DNA from: an uncultured Acidobacteriota bacterium
GTDB taxonomy: Bacteria; Acidobacteriota; Terriglobia; UBA7540
Assembly: GCA_963804995.1 (NCBI GenBank)
Contig: CAWDSK010000003.1
Location: forward strand, 160,001 to 224,000
Length of the DNA stretch: 64,000 nt
Direction of reading: 5' to 3'
In this document: piece after piece, positions 20,701 to 31,895 of the stretch
Layout: every line of letters starts with the position of its first letter
Position numbering within the stretch: the stretch's first letter is position 1
Made by a program: the position numbers and the translations under genes
The notes under the pieces: generated by a model
Databases searched by the model: none
What the model saw: only the letters and a program-made list of their open reading frames with translations
Told to the model about the DNA's origin: nothing

Positions 20701-21056
20701 AGGTAGGTTCCCGAAGCATTGATGGACTGCTGTACTTCCTGTTCCGCAACGTCAATATTGAGGCTGAGGTTGAATTGCAGGGTGATGACCGAGCTTCCGT
20801 CGGAGCTGACGGAGGTCATCTGCTGGAGCCCCGGCACCTGGCCAAATTGGCGCTCCAGCGGAGCCGTGACCGAAGACGCCATCACATCCGGGCTGGCCCC
20901 GGGATAAAACGTGATGACCTGAATGGTCGGGTAATCCACCTCCGGCAAGGCCGATACCGGCAACTGCTTGTATGCTACTGCGCCCGCCAGGAGGATGCCG
21001 ACCATGAGCAAAGAGGTCGCCACGGGTCGGAGGATGAATATCCGTGACGGGCTCAT
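17745..21056 (-). CDS. mdtB: RND transporter permease with Ser/Thr/Gly-rich insert
   Basis: [39 protein letters not shown]. Confidence 0.92.
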   Translation of the reverse strand: MSPSRIFILRPVATSLLMVGILLAGAVAYKQLPVSALPEVDYPTIQVITFYPGASPDVMASSVTAPLERQFGQVPGLQQMTSVSSDGSSVITLQFNLSLNIDVAEQEVQQSINASGTYLPPDLPTPPIYSKSNPADAPILTLALTSKNLPLTKVEDLADTRLAPKISQLPGVGLVSISGGQKPSVRIRANPTALAAFGLNLEDLRSTIVAANVNLAKGNFDGPRQSYQIGANDQLLSSADYAPLVIAYRNGSPVKLTDVAEISDDAENLRQAAWMNDVPAVIVNIKRQPGANIISVADRIKLLLPQLTSTMPSSVKVSILTDRTNTIRASVTDVQFSLLLAIALVVMVIFLFLRNLAATVIPSVAVPLSLVGTFGVMYMLGYSLNNLSLMALTISTGFVVDDAIVMIENIMRYIEEGDAPLRAALKGSEQIGFTIVSLTISLIAGLIPLLFMGDIVGRLFREFAVTLAVTILVSCIVSLTLTPMMCSKLLRHHTAAEQGRLYRTIEAGWNGLLALYDRTLQVVLRHQTTTLLVAIATLACTALFYIYIPKGFFPIQDTGVIQGVSESAQTVSFPEMSREQQALANVILQDPAVDNLSSFIGIDGTNTTLNSGRILINLKALSERKVSASDVIRRLQPELAKVAGITLFMQPVQDITVEDRVSRTQFQYTLEDPNVDELNAFAPKMVEELRKQPELRNVASDQQDQGLRAQVVFDRETAYRLGITPSAIDQTLYDAYGQREVSTIFTQLNQYHVVLEVKNNFQQNPLDLRDLYIRTGTGAPSGATGLVAGGTATSQIFGPSSSASVASASLSTTTSSLSSLSSISSNNAFGGKSISSTGVFLTGNQVPLAAFTHVVPINVPITVNHQGQFPVVTLSFNLAQDASLGDAVKAVNRVKDDPALGLPASIQPSFQGMAQAFQASLADELWLILAAVVTVYIILGVLYESYIHPITILSTLPSAGVGALLALWLTRNDFSVIALIGLVLLIGIVQKNAIMMIDFALEAERKEGLTPINAIYQACLLRFRPIIMTTMAALLGGVPLALGTGTGSELRRPLGISIVGGLIFSQMLTLYTTPVIYLWFDRLAKRFSGEHVALPGAEPAPAE

Positions 21057-22327
21057 GAACTTCCCTTCTGGGTCCTTTCGTCGTTCATCTGCACTTTAAC
21101 CTTGGTCCCCTCTTGGAGTTTGTCCACACCAGTCATGACCACTACATCACCCGGGGATAGACCCGCGGTAACCTCGGATTCGTCACCTTCCGTGGTGCCA
21201 ATGCTGATGGGCCGAATCGTCACACTGGAATCGCCTTTCACCACAAAAGCGTAAGCGGTTTGGGAGTTCCTCTGCACTGTAGCGGTAGGGATCAGGGTCA
21301 CGCCTTGCTTCTCCTCCACCAATAAGCGCACGTTGACAAACTGGTTGGGGAACAAGCTCCCATTCCGATTGTCGAAGTTCGCGCGCAGTTTAATGGTACC
21401 GGTGGTCGGATCGATTTGATTATCAATTGTCTCCAGCCAACCTTGTGCGATTTTGACCTTCTTATCCGGGTCAACCGCCTCCACTCCTAGCCGCTTCCCA
21501 CCGCGGAATTTTTGGAGGACAGTAGGAAGCTGGCCTTCCGGGAGGGTGAATATTACGCTGATGGGTTCAACTTGCGTGATGACCACTAACCCGGTGGCGT
21601 CGTTCGCCGTCACGTAGTTCCCCGGATCAATGAGGCGCAACCCCACGCGGCCGGTAATCGGGGCAGTAATATGACAATAAACGAGGTCTAGCTTGGCGTT
21701 ATCGATCTGGGCTTGATCAGATTTGACGACTCCCTCAATCTGCTTCACCATGGCGGTTTGCGTCGCCAATTGCTGCTCGGGAATTGCCTTCAGGGGCGCC
21801 AGAGTCGCATAGCGAGCGAGATCCACTCGGGCGTTGTCCAGATTGGCCTGGTCACGCGCCAATCCCGCTTCGGCTTGCTCCAACATAACCTGATAGGGCC
21901 GCGGGTCGATTTCCGCCAGTAAGTCACCCGTGTGGACCGTGTCACCCTCCTTGTAGAGGACGTTCATCAGATATCCACTCAGTTGACTTTTGATAGTAAC
22001 CGTGTAAATCGGGGTCACCGTGCCCAAACCTGTGAAAAACACGCCGATGTCGCCCTGATGAGCGCGCGCCGCAACCACGGGAACTACGCCCGAGCCTCGT
22101 CCGGACTTGCTGCCTGGCGATTGGGCAGAAGCAGTGGCCGCCTTGGCAGAATTTGCATGAGAGCGGAAATAATAATAGACGCCCGCCCCGACCAAAACTA
22201 AAATCACCACCCACAGCCATCCATATCCCTTGGGTTTTCCCGGAGGGGGGGACTCTGTCATCCGAAAGCTCGGCATGGTTTCCTGCAGGTCATGCCGATC
22301 GAGCGTGTTGGGTTTTTCCAGATTCAT
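21053..22327 (-). CDS. mdtA: RND membrane fusion protein
   Basis: [37 protein letters not shown]. Confidence 0.92.
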   Translation of the reverse strand: MNLEKPNTLDRHDLQETMPSFRMTESPPPGKPKGYGWLWVVILVLVGAGVYYYFRSHANSAKAATASAQSPGSKSGRGSGVVPVVAARAHQGDIGVFFTGLGTVTPIYTVTIKSQLSGYLMNVLYKEGDTVHTGDLLAEIDPRPYQVMLEQAEAGLARDQANLDNARVDLARYATLAPLKAIPEQQLATQTAMVKQIEGVVKSDQAQIDNAKLDLVYCHITAPITGRVGLRLIDPGNYVTANDATGLVVITQVEPISVIFTLPEGQLPTVLQKFRGGKRLGVEAVDPDKKVKIAQGWLETIDNQIDPTTGTIKLRANFDNRNGSLFPNQFVNVRLLVEEKQGVTLIPTATVQRNSQTAYAFVVKGDSSVTIRPISIGTTEGDESEVTAGLSPGDVVVMTGVDKLQEGTKVKVQMNDERTQKGSS

Positions 22328-22840
22328 AGTCTATAGGCCTCTGCTATTGCTGAGGAAAACGGACGGGATCTCGCCGGATGTGCGTTTTCGCAAGAGAGGG
22401 CTTTTCTCGCTGCCAGTGGCGCCTCGGCGCCTCCTCAAGCCGAAGGCGGTACCCTTTATGCCGTCGTAGGAAGTATGGTCTGGGATGGCTAAGTATCAGT
22501 CTTCCGTAGTCCTTCCGGACGTGCCACCACTCCGATCCCTATCCCAGGAAACAGCTTTATTGCGCCTTACAAATTTAACAAGATAATTCGACGATACAGG
22601 AACACTCCTGGTTACCTCTTACGACCCCCGTGGCTTCATTTAACTACGGTGCTCCACCCGCTATACTCATCATTCCGCACCTACTGTTACCCCTGGAGGG
22701 GGTATTGTAAAGAATCGATTCCCTTGCGCCCATGGGATCCCACCACCGACTACCACGGCGGCCAGAATATCATAAGTGGTAATTCCAGAATACCTTCCCC
22801 GAAGTGGCTCCGAATGGCAGTCCCGGAAAGTACCCAGGGC

Positions 22841-23557
22841 TCACAATTTCCCGATATGAAAGACAATTCCTGCCGTGTATTCCAAATTGTGAGCACGCCC
22901 GGTCACGGGAAAAATCGCTTCACTTTGCGGGTTCGGCAGGCCGAAAGCGGGCGAGCTGGTAATGTGATCTCGCACGTCAAGGCGGAGTGTAACCCGCTTC
23001 ATGATTTTGCGATCCAGGCCGCCTCCAAAGTTTAATCCGAATTTATTGTTGGCGTTGATTGCTGCCGTGCTCACCGCGCCGAATCCCTGGTTTTTGGCAG
23101 TGGTGATAGCCGCGGGCGTGGGACTGAACCGGTCGTCCTCAGCTCCCGCCTCCCCATAAGGCCGCAGGCCATGGAAGGCGAAGGGCGCGTGGAAAACCGC
23201 ACTCATGCTGCCCATATAATCGCGGACCGGGTACACCACTCCTACGTGTGGAAACACATTGGTATTGGTCACTACCAAATTATTCGGTCCGTACGAGTAC
23301 GCTGCCTCGATGCTGAGAATCTTATTGTAAGGTACTGCCACACCCAGGTTAAACTTGGGGCCCAGGTCATATCGCGAATGGTACTGCCTTTCCGCGGATT
23401 GAAAATACTCCGCATCGACAAGGGTTGACGCCCCTCCCAGCAAAAAGACATCAAACTGCATATTCTTCGTGAGATCTCGGGCTTGCGCCCCGGCTGTGCT
23501 CAATAACAAAGCCGTCAGCACCATCAACCTCTGCAGCGTTCTCTTCACCATGATCAA
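22841..23557 (-). CDS. Outer membrane beta-barrel protein
   Basis: Signal peptide, alternating beta-strand pattern, C-terminal AGIVFH; GGAGG SD; start 23557 or 23551. Confidence 0.75.
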   Translation of the reverse strand: MIMVKRTLQRLMVLTALLLSTAGAQARDLTKNMQFDVFLLGGASTLVDAEYFQSAERQYHSRYDLGPKFNLGVAVPYNKILSIEAAYSYGPNNLVVTNTNVFPHVGVVYPVRDYMGSMSAVFHAPFAFHGLRPYGEAGAEDDRFSPTPAAITTAKNQGFGAVSTAAINANNKFGLNFGGGLDRKIMKRVTLRLDVRDHITSSPAFGLPNPQSEAIFPVTGRAHNLEYTAGIVFHIGKL

Positions 23558-23629
23558 ATGAACCTCCTGGGCATCTTAAACCGGGGAATTTAGGCTCTCT
23601 TCGGGCGACGCTTCTTCTCTGGCGCGGGT

Positions 23630-23783
23630 TGCGGCTTCGAATCTGCGCGGGGGGGGCTGACCCGAAGGTTTGAACTTACCCGCCCATCCCCGAGCGCCCG
23701 TCAGGATTGGCAGGCGCCAGGGTTTGATGCCGGCCGCCTTTAGCCAGTTGGATTGACCATCCCACCGAGTGGAGATTACCGCA
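23630..23783 (-). ncRNA. Rod-shaped structured RNA, 6S RNA candidate
   Basis: End-to-end pairing with a central bubble and terminal hairpin; G-U pairs favour the minus strand. Confidence 0.45.
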
Positions 23784-23928
23784 CGCTATCCGTTCGATAG
23801 CGCAGTGATCTGTTTAGCATTCCTTGCACCTTCGCCGCGCACCGAATCTCGACGAAATAGTTTACTACGCATAGGGACCAAGGGCCTAGATCCGTGATGC
23901 AATAACCCGGCGCCCTCCAACCTACCTT

Positions 23929-23957
23929 TTGACGGCTCACCCCAGGCTCGCTATAAT
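23929..23957 (+). promoter_or_regulatory. Near-consensus sigma70 promoter
   Basis: TTGACG-N17-TATAAT upstream of the FmdB-like gene. Confidence 0.8.
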
Positions 23958-23990
23958 TTAGCTTAGGGCGGAATTGAAAGGAAGGTGTGC

Positions 23991-24302
23991 TTGCCGCTTT
24001 ACGAATATCAGTGCAAAAAGTGCGGACAACGCATTGAAAAAATCCAGAAATTCTCCGACTCCATACTAACCACCTGTGGAGAATGTGGAGGAAAACTGGA
24101 ACGTTTGCTTTCATCACCCGCCATTCGGTTCAAGGGTTCCGGGTGGTACGTCAATGACTACGCACGCGGCTCTTCACCAGGTTCCAACTCCCGCTCGCCA
24201 GATCCTTCCGAGGGAGCAGCCAAAAAATCTGGGGAATCGAGCCAAGCCAGTGAACCCGCGAAGTCCACCGAACCCGCCAAGCCCACTCCCAGCAAGGATT
24301 GA
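23991..24302 (+). CDS. FmdB-family zinc-ribbon protein
   Basis: PLYEYQCKKCG...CGECGG...FKGSGWY; TTG start. Confidence 0.9.
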   Translation: MPLYEYQCKKCGQRIEKIQKFSDSILTTCGECGGKLERLLSSPAIRFKGSGWYVNDYARGSSPGSNSRSPDPSEGAAKKSGESSQASEPAKSTEPAKPTPSKD

Positions 24303-24393
24303 TTCTCTTCCCCGAATACCCTGAGCCAGCCGGCAGAGCCAGACCCTTCGCCACCCTCAAGTCGACAGGTTCAAAAGCGTCTTCAGCAAATTG

Positions 24394-25272
24394 TTAAAGA
24401 TGGAGCGATTTAAGGTACCGCCGAAAAGCTCTGCCCATGTCCGGACGGTTCAGGGCCATTTCAACCGTCGCCTGAAGAAAACCAAGCTTGTCACCCGCGT
24501 CGAATCGCTTACCCTCAAAGACATAACCGTAGATCGGTTCCGTCGAGAGCAGCCCCCGTAAGGCATCCGTGAGTTGGATCTCTCCCCCCGCGCCTGCTGT
24601 CGTAGCAGAGAGCTCTTTGAAAATTGTCGGGGTCAGGATATAGCGCCCGATGACTGCCAAATTCGAGGGGGCTTCCTTAGGAGAAGGTTTTTCGATCATA
24701 TCCTGGATAGCATACAGGCGGCCGTCCCAATCGCGGCCCGGCACCAGATGCCCCCGAATGATCCCATAGCTCAAGACGGCCTTCCGCGGAACCCTCTGGA
24801 TGGCAATCACGCTTCGCCCATAGCATTCGAAGACCTTCAGCATCTGTTTCAGGCAGGGAACCTTACTCACAATGACGTCGTCTGAAAGCAGCACGGCAAA
24901 GGGTTCGTCTCCCACCAAATCACGCGCGGTCAGGATGGCATCGCCCAAGCCGCGCGGAATCTGCTGCCGAATATAGGCGAACCGCAGCATGCTGGAAATC
25001 CTGCGCAGTTGCTCGCGCAACTGTTCCTTCCCTCTTCCCGCCAACTCCTGTTCCAGCTCCGCCGAAACATCAAAATGATTTTCAATGGCCTGTTTGCCGC
25101 GCCCCGTCACGAAGACCGCCATGGGAATGCCGGAGGCCGCAACTTCCTCCACCGCGTACTGCACGAGTGGCTTGTCCACGATGGGCAGCATTTCTTTCGG
25201 TTGAGCCTTGGTCGCCGGCAGAAAACGTGTGCCTAATCCTGCCACAGGCAATACGGCTTTTTGAATCGTCAT
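24394..25272 (-). CDS. galU: UTP--glucose-1-phosphate uridylyltransferase
   Basis: KAVLPVAGLGTRFLPATKAQPKEMLPIVDKP, EKP, GEIQLTDA. Confidence 0.96.
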   Translation of the reverse strand: MTIQKAVLPVAGLGTRFLPATKAQPKEMLPIVDKPLVQYAVEEVAASGIPMAVFVTGRGKQAIENHFDVSAELEQELAGRGKEQLREQLRRISSMLRFAYIRQQIPRGLGDAILTARDLVGDEPFAVLLSDDVIVSKVPCLKQMLKVFECYGRSVIAIQRVPRKAVLSYGIIRGHLVPGRDWDGRLYAIQDMIEKPSPKEAPSNLAVIGRYILTPTIFKELSATTAGAGGEIQLTDALRGLLSTEPIYGYVFEGKRFDAGDKLGFLQATVEMALNRPDMGRAFRRYLKSLHL

Positions 25273-25715
25273 GATCCCTCTTGCACCATCAGGCATTGCA
25301 GCAATCAAACTTCCCAATTCACGCTCAGTGTATCCTCTCACCTCCCGCCGCGTCAAAGAGTGTCCTTTGACTGCTTAGTGTGGCGGAACCACCCATGAAA
25401 AGTCAGGGGGGGGAAAACGCATGAAGATGAGGAAATTGGTGAGAACTAGCCCGCTATACCCCGCTAAAAGCAACAAATTGGACATGTCCCACAATGACAA
25501 ATAGTCGGAGGCCTGCAAAAGTGGTATGGGCGAGAACCCAACGCCGGGCCCGACTTCGTCACCCCTCGCCGCAGCGGGCGTGCCCCATTTCCACCTCCGG
25601 CTCTCACCCCAATTCTGTTAACACATCCGAATCTCAACGCAAGGGCGCGGCGTGGGGGAGCGACAACCCAACGAGCACGCCATTCTTATGTTCGTATTAA
25701 CCAGATCCTTGCTAA

Positions 25716-27730
25716 CCGAACTTTCGCACTTCAGGGTGTTGAGTTGGGTTAACTCGCTTCTTTTCAGTACAGGCATTGCCAAGGTCTGGCCTACAAACGC
25801 AGCATTCCAGCAGGAAAGATTTCCGGCTGGACCGTGATCCTGGGCGGTGGCTGAGTGGGGAGCACGAGCTGCAGTTCGTGCAACAGGAGCTTTTGTTCGG
25901 GTGTCGGCTCGGTGTAGCGGGGCATCACTAATCGGCGCCCATCCGTGGTCGGGAAAGACACATCGAGCATCTGCATGCCCGCCAGCTTCTCCAGCACCGC
26001 TTTCGGCGTCAGGCCCGGAGCGTGGGCCTGCAGACGCTGTTTCAGCGTCACCCACAAGCCGTACGCCAGAAAGGCAATGAGGATGTGGGCCTCGACGCGA
26101 TGTTCTATTTGATGATAAATCGGCCGAATTCCCAGCTCACTCTTCAAACACTTAAAGGCCGCTTCGATCTGCGCCAGTTGCATGTAGCGGTCCCACAACA
26201 CCTCGGGATTTTCCCCCGTCAGATTGGTGCGCAACAGATAATGTCCATCGCGCCGCTCCGCTTCCTCCAACTTGCTGCGCTCGAGCCGGAACTGGAAGGT
26301 CTGGCGAGTCACTTCTTCCTGGGCCTTGGGCACGCTGATCTTCACGAAACCGAAGGCCCGTCCGGCTTCACTCTTGGCTGCTCCGATCTTCATCAGCAAC
26401 GCATCACGCGTCGGACACACGCGCCGCAAGGCCCGCAGCCTCCACAACAGCCGTGCCAGCTTGCGTCGACGGATGGCCATCTCTTTCGCCTGGCGGCCTG
26501 CGCTCTTCGCCAGCACATACAACTCGCCTTCCTCCGCGAACAGTTTCACCTCTACCGACTCGCGCACCTTCCGCCACGGCAGTTCCGTCCACTTCGCTTC
26601 GTACTGCCGGATCTTGCCCCGTGGCGTCCCCACCAGGTAAAACATCTCCCGCCCCGGGGTGCGCATCTCCGCCAGCAGTTCTTCACTGGGAACTCCCCGA
26701 TCCATCATCCACACCCGCCGTGCCTTGCCGTACACGCTCTCGATCTTGTCCAGAAAACCGCGCAAGCTGTTCCGGTCGGAAGTATTCCCCTCCATCACTT
26801 CGTAGGCCAGCGGGAAACCTTCCGGCGTCAGCACCAGGGCGATCACCACCTGCCGACAGTCGAACCGCCCGTCCCGGCTGTAACCGTGGCGGGCTTTGGG
26901 AATCGCTTCCGCCTCTCCTTCCACATAGGTGCTGGTGAGATCGTAGAGGAGCAGATCAAAGCGCGCCGCAAAGAGGTCTTGCCACCGCAGCCGCAGGTGC
27001 TGGAACAACTCCGCCTTGTGCGCCAGTATTCGATCCAGACAACGATAGAGCCGGTCCTTCTCGGCCACCGCGAAGTTCACTGCCAGCAACTCGGCCATGG
27101 CGGTCTGATCGAACCAGTGCCGATGCACACGGAATTCGCTGCCCGGCTCGATCAACCGGTTCACCACCAGCAGCCGTAGCACCTTCTCCCACGGAACTCC
27201 CTCGCGCCCTTCCGGCAACCTCGCCTGCCAGAACTCGTCCAGCTTCAACTGGCGCCACAGCTCGCAGCCCAACCAACAGCCACCGAAGGTGCGCGGCCGC
27301 TCAACGCGCATTTCACTCAACTTCACTTGTACGCCGTCCACAGCATCCGCAGGAAGTTCGCGGTCCTCCGGGAAGAGGCTCAGGGACGCGAGGACGCGAC
27401 GGTCCTCGTCAAAAACCTCCAGCGTCTTGCGCCACGCGGATTGTTGGCTGTCGTTGATTTCGCCCAGATACAGCACCGTCCGATGCACGACCTTCGAGCG
27501 CGACACGCGCCGACTCTCGACGATGCTGAAATAACGATGTTCCTTGCCGTCCTTTTTGCGTCGATGAATCTTCAGGTGCACGCCCCAGAATGCCAGACCT
27601 TCGCGCCCCAGAAAAGAGGGTAGGTCGGGCCTACAAGCACTCTTCAACCCGCGCCCATTGAAGGCAAAGACCTTGTGCACCGCAAGCTGCCAAAATCAGC
27701 CCGGTAGCGGGTGGAAGTGCGAAAGGCAGG
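25716..27730 (-). mobile_element. IS1634-family insertion sequence (about 2015 bp)
   Basis: Imperfect 17-bp TIRs CCGAACTTTCGCACTTC and GAAGTGCGAAAGGCAGG; CTAA repeated on both flanks. Confidence 0.88.
25791..27581 (-). CDS. IS1634-family DDE transposase
   Basis: LYDLTSTYVEG, GYSRD, MDRG, IEAAFKCLK, RPIYHQ..RVEAHI; GTG start inferred. Confidence 0.92.
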   Translation of the reverse strand: MHLKIHRRKKDGKEHRYFSIVESRRVSRSKVVHRTVLYLGEINDSQQSAWRKTLEVFDEDRRVLASLSLFPEDRELPADAVDGVQVKLSEMRVERPRTFGGCWLGCELWRQLKLDEFWQARLPEGREGVPWEKVLRLLVVNRLIEPGSEFRVHRHWFDQTAMAELLAVNFAVAEKDRLYRCLDRILAHKAELFQHLRLRWQDLFAARFDLLLYDLTSTYVEGEAEAIPKARHGYSRDGRFDCRQVVIALVLTPEGFPLAYEVMEGNTSDRNSLRGFLDKIESVYGKARRVWMMDRGVPSEELLAEMRTPGREMFYLVGTPRGKIRQYEAKWTELPWRKVRESVEVKLFAEEGELYVLAKSAGRQAKEMAIRRRKLARLLWRLRALRRVCPTRDALLMKIGAAKSEAGRAFGFVKISVPKAQEEVTRQTFQFRLERSKLEEAERRDGHYLLRTNLTGENPEVLWDRYMQLAQIEAAFKCLKSELGIRPIYHQIEHRVEAHILIAFLAYGLWVTLKQRLQAHAPGLTPKAVLEKLAGMQMLDVSFPTTDGRRLVMPRYTEPTPEQKLLLHELQLVLPTQPPPRITVQPEIFPAGMLRL

Positions 27731-27834
27731 CTAAGACAACAAGGAATTGCGCTATTTCACTTTAAGGCGCACGCCATGACGGACGCCGGGGCGGAATTCC
27801 AGGTTGTGCTAACATGAAAACCGAGGGCCTTTGC

Positions 27835-28962
27835 ATGTTGGTGTTGGGCATTGAATCGAGCTGCGATGAAACTGCCGCCGCGGTGGTGGCAGACGGCGTG
27901 GAAATTCGTTCGAGCGTAGTCGCCTCACAGGTTCTTACGCATGAGAAATTTGGGGGTGTCGTACCCGAGCTCGCCTCGCGCGAACACTTGTGCAAAATCG
28001 TGCCGGTCGTCGACGAAGCCTGCCGCCAGGCTCACGTGGCTCTCGGCGACGTGGATGCCATTGCGGTTACCGAGGGCCCGGGCTTGATCGGTTCGCTCCT
28101 GGTCGGATTGGTTTACGGCAAGGCGCTGGCCCTCGCGCTCCACAAACCGCTGATTGGGGTGAACCATCTGGAAGGCCACATCCACGCCGTCATGCTCGAG
28201 AATAAAACGGACCGTGCGGCTGGGAAAACGGTTCCGGAAGCACAACTCCCCGCCGTCACTCTGGTAGTCTCCGGCGGTCACACCAGCTTGTTTCGTGTGG
28301 CGGCCAATTCTTCCGATTCCCCTGCGTTCACTTACTCCCAGCTCGGTCACACTCGCGACGATGCCGCAGGCGAAGCTTTCGACAAGGTCGCGAAGCTGCT
28401 GGCTCTGGGATACCCGGGCGGGCCGATTATTGACAAGCTTGCGCGCTTTGGAAATCCCCGGGCGGTGGAGTTCGGCCACGTCAAGATGAAAGGCAATCCG
28501 CTGGATTTCAGTTTCTCCGGCATCAAAACCGCCGTGCTCTACCGCGTGCGCGGCACTCACTTTGCCCGGGAAGCGGAGGAGCGCCGCGCCTGGCGCCAAA
28601 CCGTCGAGCGCCCCAGCATCGATGATCTTCGCTCCCATTGTTCCCAGGAAACGCTCAACCTCGTGGCGAGCTTTCAAAGTGCCGTGGTCGAGGATTTGCT
28701 TGAGCGCACACTTGCCGCCGCGGACGCCTGCCGCCTCGACACCGTCTTCGTCTCGGGAGGCGTGGCGTCCAATTCCCTGCTCCGTCAGCGCTTTGCCGAG
28801 GCCAGCAAACGACAGGGCCTCGAATGCTTCTTCCCTTCCCCCGCCCTATCGACCGACAACGCCGCCATGATTGCCGCCGCCGGCTATTGCAAACTTCTGG
28901 CCGGTGAGCGGGCCGGCATCTCGCTTACCGCTCACGCTTCGTTCCCATTGGGCACTACTTAG
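27835..28962 (+). CDS. tsaD: tRNA N6-adenosine threonylcarbamoyltransferase
   Basis: LGIESSCDET, GGVVPELASR, NHLEGH, SGGHT, DDAAGEAFDK, TDNAAMIA. Confidence 0.97.
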   Translation: MLVLGIESSCDETAAAVVADGVEIRSSVVASQVLTHEKFGGVVPELASREHLCKIVPVVDEACRQAHVALGDVDAIAVTEGPGLIGSLLVGLVYGKALALALHKPLIGVNHLEGHIHAVMLENKTDRAAGKTVPEAQLPAVTLVVSGGHTSLFRVAANSSDSPAFTYSQLGHTRDDAAGEAFDKVAKLLALGYPGGPIIDKLARFGNPRAVEFGHVKMKGNPLDFSFSGIKTAVLYRVRGTHFAREAEERRAWRQTVERPSIDDLRSHCSQETLNLVASFQSAVVEDLLERTLAAADACRLDTVFVSGGVASNSLLRQRFAEASKRQGLECFFPSPALSTDNAAMIAAAGYCKLLAGERAGISLTAHASFPLGTT

Positions 28963-29269
28963 CGGGGCGACTACATAGCAGCTAGTTCCGCTCACGGCCT
29001 CTCGGGACGGTGAAGGTTCCATTTCCGGTTTGGCGACTAGAACAGCCAAGTGACGAGGGCGATGTTGATCCTTCCCACGCATGGAAGGGCGTTTTTCGTT
29101 CCAAATCCGCGTTTGCAGTTTGTCTCACCTCCGGCCACATTCGGTGAGCCGACAAGTAAGCCAGAACTTCGGTATACACCTACCGCCAAGCGCGAGGCCT
29201 ACGGCCCCGAAAGTCTGAGCTGGAATCAGCCAAATCGAGGCGGCAACGTCTGTGTCCCTTTTTGAGCAG

Positions 29270-29376
29270 ACAGTCTGCCGCTAGCGGGGATGCGGATGGC
29301 GTATTCCCGACCCCACATTTCCAGCGCCTCGTAGACTTCCGGCTTGGCAAAGGCTGCGTCCCCCCGGAAGGCGAAT
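29270..29376 (-). pseudogene. IS1380-family transposase remnant
   Basis: Manual translation AFRGDAAFAKPEVYEALEMWGREYAIRIPAS resembles the second-Asp region of IS1380-type transposases. Confidence 0.65.
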
Positions 29377-29755
29377 TCCTTGGGATGAGCAATTTTGACC
29401 AGAGCGGTGAGCAGTCCCGAACTGACACGGAAGCAAGCCCATAATACAAGGGTTTATGGATCTCGGCCCTAATCCAGCGCACCGCGCCGGCGACATGTTC
29501 AAGTACAACCCAGATCCGACTTGGACGCCAGCAAAAGAGCAAGAATGATGCCGAGAGGCCGCGTGTGAGGGAAGGCCTTGGTGATTCCGTGCCGCAACCC
29601 TAAGCAAGTGGCTAGCCCATTACGCAATCCCGAACCATCGATCTCCACTTTACCGTTTACGGGCATTCTATGAAACCTTTCGCCCAAAGACTCCGGAGGA
29701 CACGGTGATGCAGATGCTAAACGAAATATTTCGTTCCAGGGAAAAAGGGCACTCC

Positions 29756-31756
29756 ATGAGACTTTTTCGTCAACGCCTGGTTGGTTTTATGTTTGTAGTG
29801 GGTACCTTAATGGTTGGGTCCAGCCTCGTGGGCCAGCAATCCAAGCCCACGGAGGTGGCTGCGCCCGTTCAGTCTGCCGATATGAAATTCGGCAATACCC
29901 GGTGGTTTCCGACGTTCTGGGAACCTTATTTCACGCCCATGGTCCCCGAGCCGAAAATGAGTAACTCTGAGCGTTTGCAATCGCTCCTGAGCGACGGGAA
30001 GCTGCATCTTTCCGTCCAGGATGCCATCACACTGGCGCTCGAGAACAATCTCGACATTGCCGTAGCGCGATACAACATCGCTTACTCCCAGACCGATATC
30101 CTTCGCACTCAGGGCGGCGGGGCGGCGCGCGGGTTTTCTGGATCGTTCACTTCGGGAGCGTTATTTGCAGGCGCCATTGGCGGCGGTGTCAACGCCAGCG
30201 GTGGGGGTGGCGGGGGGCGTGCTGGCGGGATCTCTGGCAGCGCGGGCGCCACGCAATTGGGGGGTGGGACTTTCGACCCCGCCGTCTCCTTTTCGATGGG
30301 CTGGGATCAAAACACCTCACCCCTTGGCACCACGGTGGTTACAGGCGTTCCCTTCGTCACGTCACAGGGGACAAGTTATTCGTCGAACTTGACGCAGGCC
30401 TTTCAGACCGGCACCAGCTATGAAGTGATCTTGGGGGGCTCGCGAGGGACCACGACATCGCTCACCTCCTCATATAACCCCCAGGTGAACGCTTTCATGG
30501 GCATAGGCTTTACCCAGCCCCTCCTGAATGGCTTTGGCCGTCGCGCCAATGCAGCGCAAATCCGTATCGCCAAGAATGACCGCAAGGTTGCGGACTCGGT
30601 GTTCCGCCAACAGGTCATCACTACCATCGCTCAAATTCTGAACTACTACTGGGATTTCGTGACGTTCGAGGAGAATATCCGCGTGGCACAGCAAGCTCTG
30701 GTCTATGCCAGGAAGTTGCTTTCCGACAACCAACGTCAAGTCCAAGCCGGCACACTGGCGCCCATCGAGGTGGTCCGTGCGGATTCCGAAGTTGCGGCTC
30801 GGCTGCAGGACCTGATTGTGGCACAAACCACCATGCAGCAGCAGGCTGAACTGATCAAGACGGCCCTCTCCAAACAGGTCGGCCCCGAATTGGCGGATGC
30901 CCAACTGGTCCCCGACGACAAGTTTCCTGAACCCCAACCGGATGACGTTCCGCCCCTCGCGGAAGCACTGCGAGTGGCTTTTGCCAACCGCCCTGAAATC
31001 GAACAAGTGGATTTGAAATTCAATGATCAGGACATCACAATTCAGGCTCGGCGCAACTCGCTGCTCCCCTCGTTGAATGTCTTTGCGAGCTATATTGCCA
31101 CGGGCTTGTCAGGGAACCAGTTGCTGTGTCCGCCGGGAGACACGCGCCACGGCAACGCCTGCTCTGTTCCCAACGACGGGTTGGTACCGCCGATCGGAAC
31201 GTTCATGGGCGGAGTTAATCAGGCTTTCACTCAGACTTGGCAAGGCCACTACCCTGATCATTCATTTGGCGTAAACCTCAGCATTCCGATTCGCAATCGC
31301 GCGGCGCAGGCTGACGCCGCCCGTGCGCTCCTGGAGCGGCGCCAGCTGGTGACCCAGCTCCAGCAATTCAAGAACAATATCGCCCAACAGGTGCGTAGCG
31401 CAGAGATTGGCGTCATCCAGGCCAAAGTTCAAATCGAAGCCGCTGTGAAAGGCACACAACTCGCCCAGCAGACCCTCGATGCTGAGCGCGAGAAATTTCA
31501 GTACGGCGGATCCACCGTCTTTCTGGTTATCCAGGCCCAACGAGACCTGGCTACCGCGGAGGGCAACGAAGTGAAGGCTCGTTCAACCTACGCCAAGGCC
31601 CTTACGCAGTTCCAGCAGCAGACCGCTACAATCCTGCAAAAGTACGGCGTGGAAATGTCGGACGCGGTTTCTGGAAAGGTGGAACGTACACCCAATATCC
31701 CCGGCTCGGCTGAGCACCCGCAGCCCCAGAAGCTCGAGACGCCGCCGCAAAGCTAG
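29756..31756 (+). CDS. TolC-family outer membrane efflux protein
   Basis: Signal peptide, DAITLALENNLDI, QPLLNGFG, RPEI, LSIPIRNR, LVIQAQRDL. Confidence 0.88.
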   Translation: MRLFRQRLVGFMFVVGTLMVGSSLVGQQSKPTEVAAPVQSADMKFGNTRWFPTFWEPYFTPMVPEPKMSNSERLQSLLSDGKLHLSVQDAITLALENNLDIAVARYNIAYSQTDILRTQGGGAARGFSGSFTSGALFAGAIGGGVNASGGGGGGRAGGISGSAGATQLGGGTFDPAVSFSMGWDQNTSPLGTTVVTGVPFVTSQGTSYSSNLTQAFQTGTSYEVILGGSRGTTTSLTSSYNPQVNAFMGIGFTQPLLNGFGRRANAAQIRIAKNDRKVADSVFRQQVITTIAQILNYYWDFVTFEENIRVAQQALVYARKLLSDNQRQVQAGTLAPIEVVRADSEVAARLQDLIVAQTTMQQQAELIKTALSKQVGPELADAQLVPDDKFPEPQPDDVPPLAEALRVAFANRPEIEQVDLKFNDQDITIQARRNSLLPSLNVFASYIATGLSGNQLLCPPGDTRHGNACSVPNDGLVPPIGTFMGGVNQAFTQTWQGHYPDHSFGVNLSIPIRNRAAQADAARALLERRQLVTQLQQFKNNIAQQVRSAEIGVIQAKVQIEAAVKGTQLAQQTLDAEREKFQYGGSTVFLVIQAQRDLATAEGNEVKARSTYAKALTQFQQQTATILQKYGVEMSDAVSGKVERTPNIPGSAEHPQPQKLETPPQS

Positions 31757-31895
31757 GCCGCAGTTCGAAACCGTAAAGAAATTGACACGCCACGGCCGCC
31801 GGCAGTGAGCGCCAGCGTTGTGGTGCTTCCGGCTTAAAAGAACTTCATCGGACTGATTCTTTAGAAGCTGTGGATCTGGTTGCGCGCTGCAAGCG

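Noticed and set aside
22545..22590. OmpR-family binding box upstream of mdtA
   Set aside because: The TTACA/TAACA spacing does not fit a clean direct-repeat box; too weak
23645..23790. tmRNA or a known riboswitch (GGGGCTGA start)
   Set aside because: No tmRNA 3' T-arm/CCA end or tag frame, and no recognisable aptamer consensus
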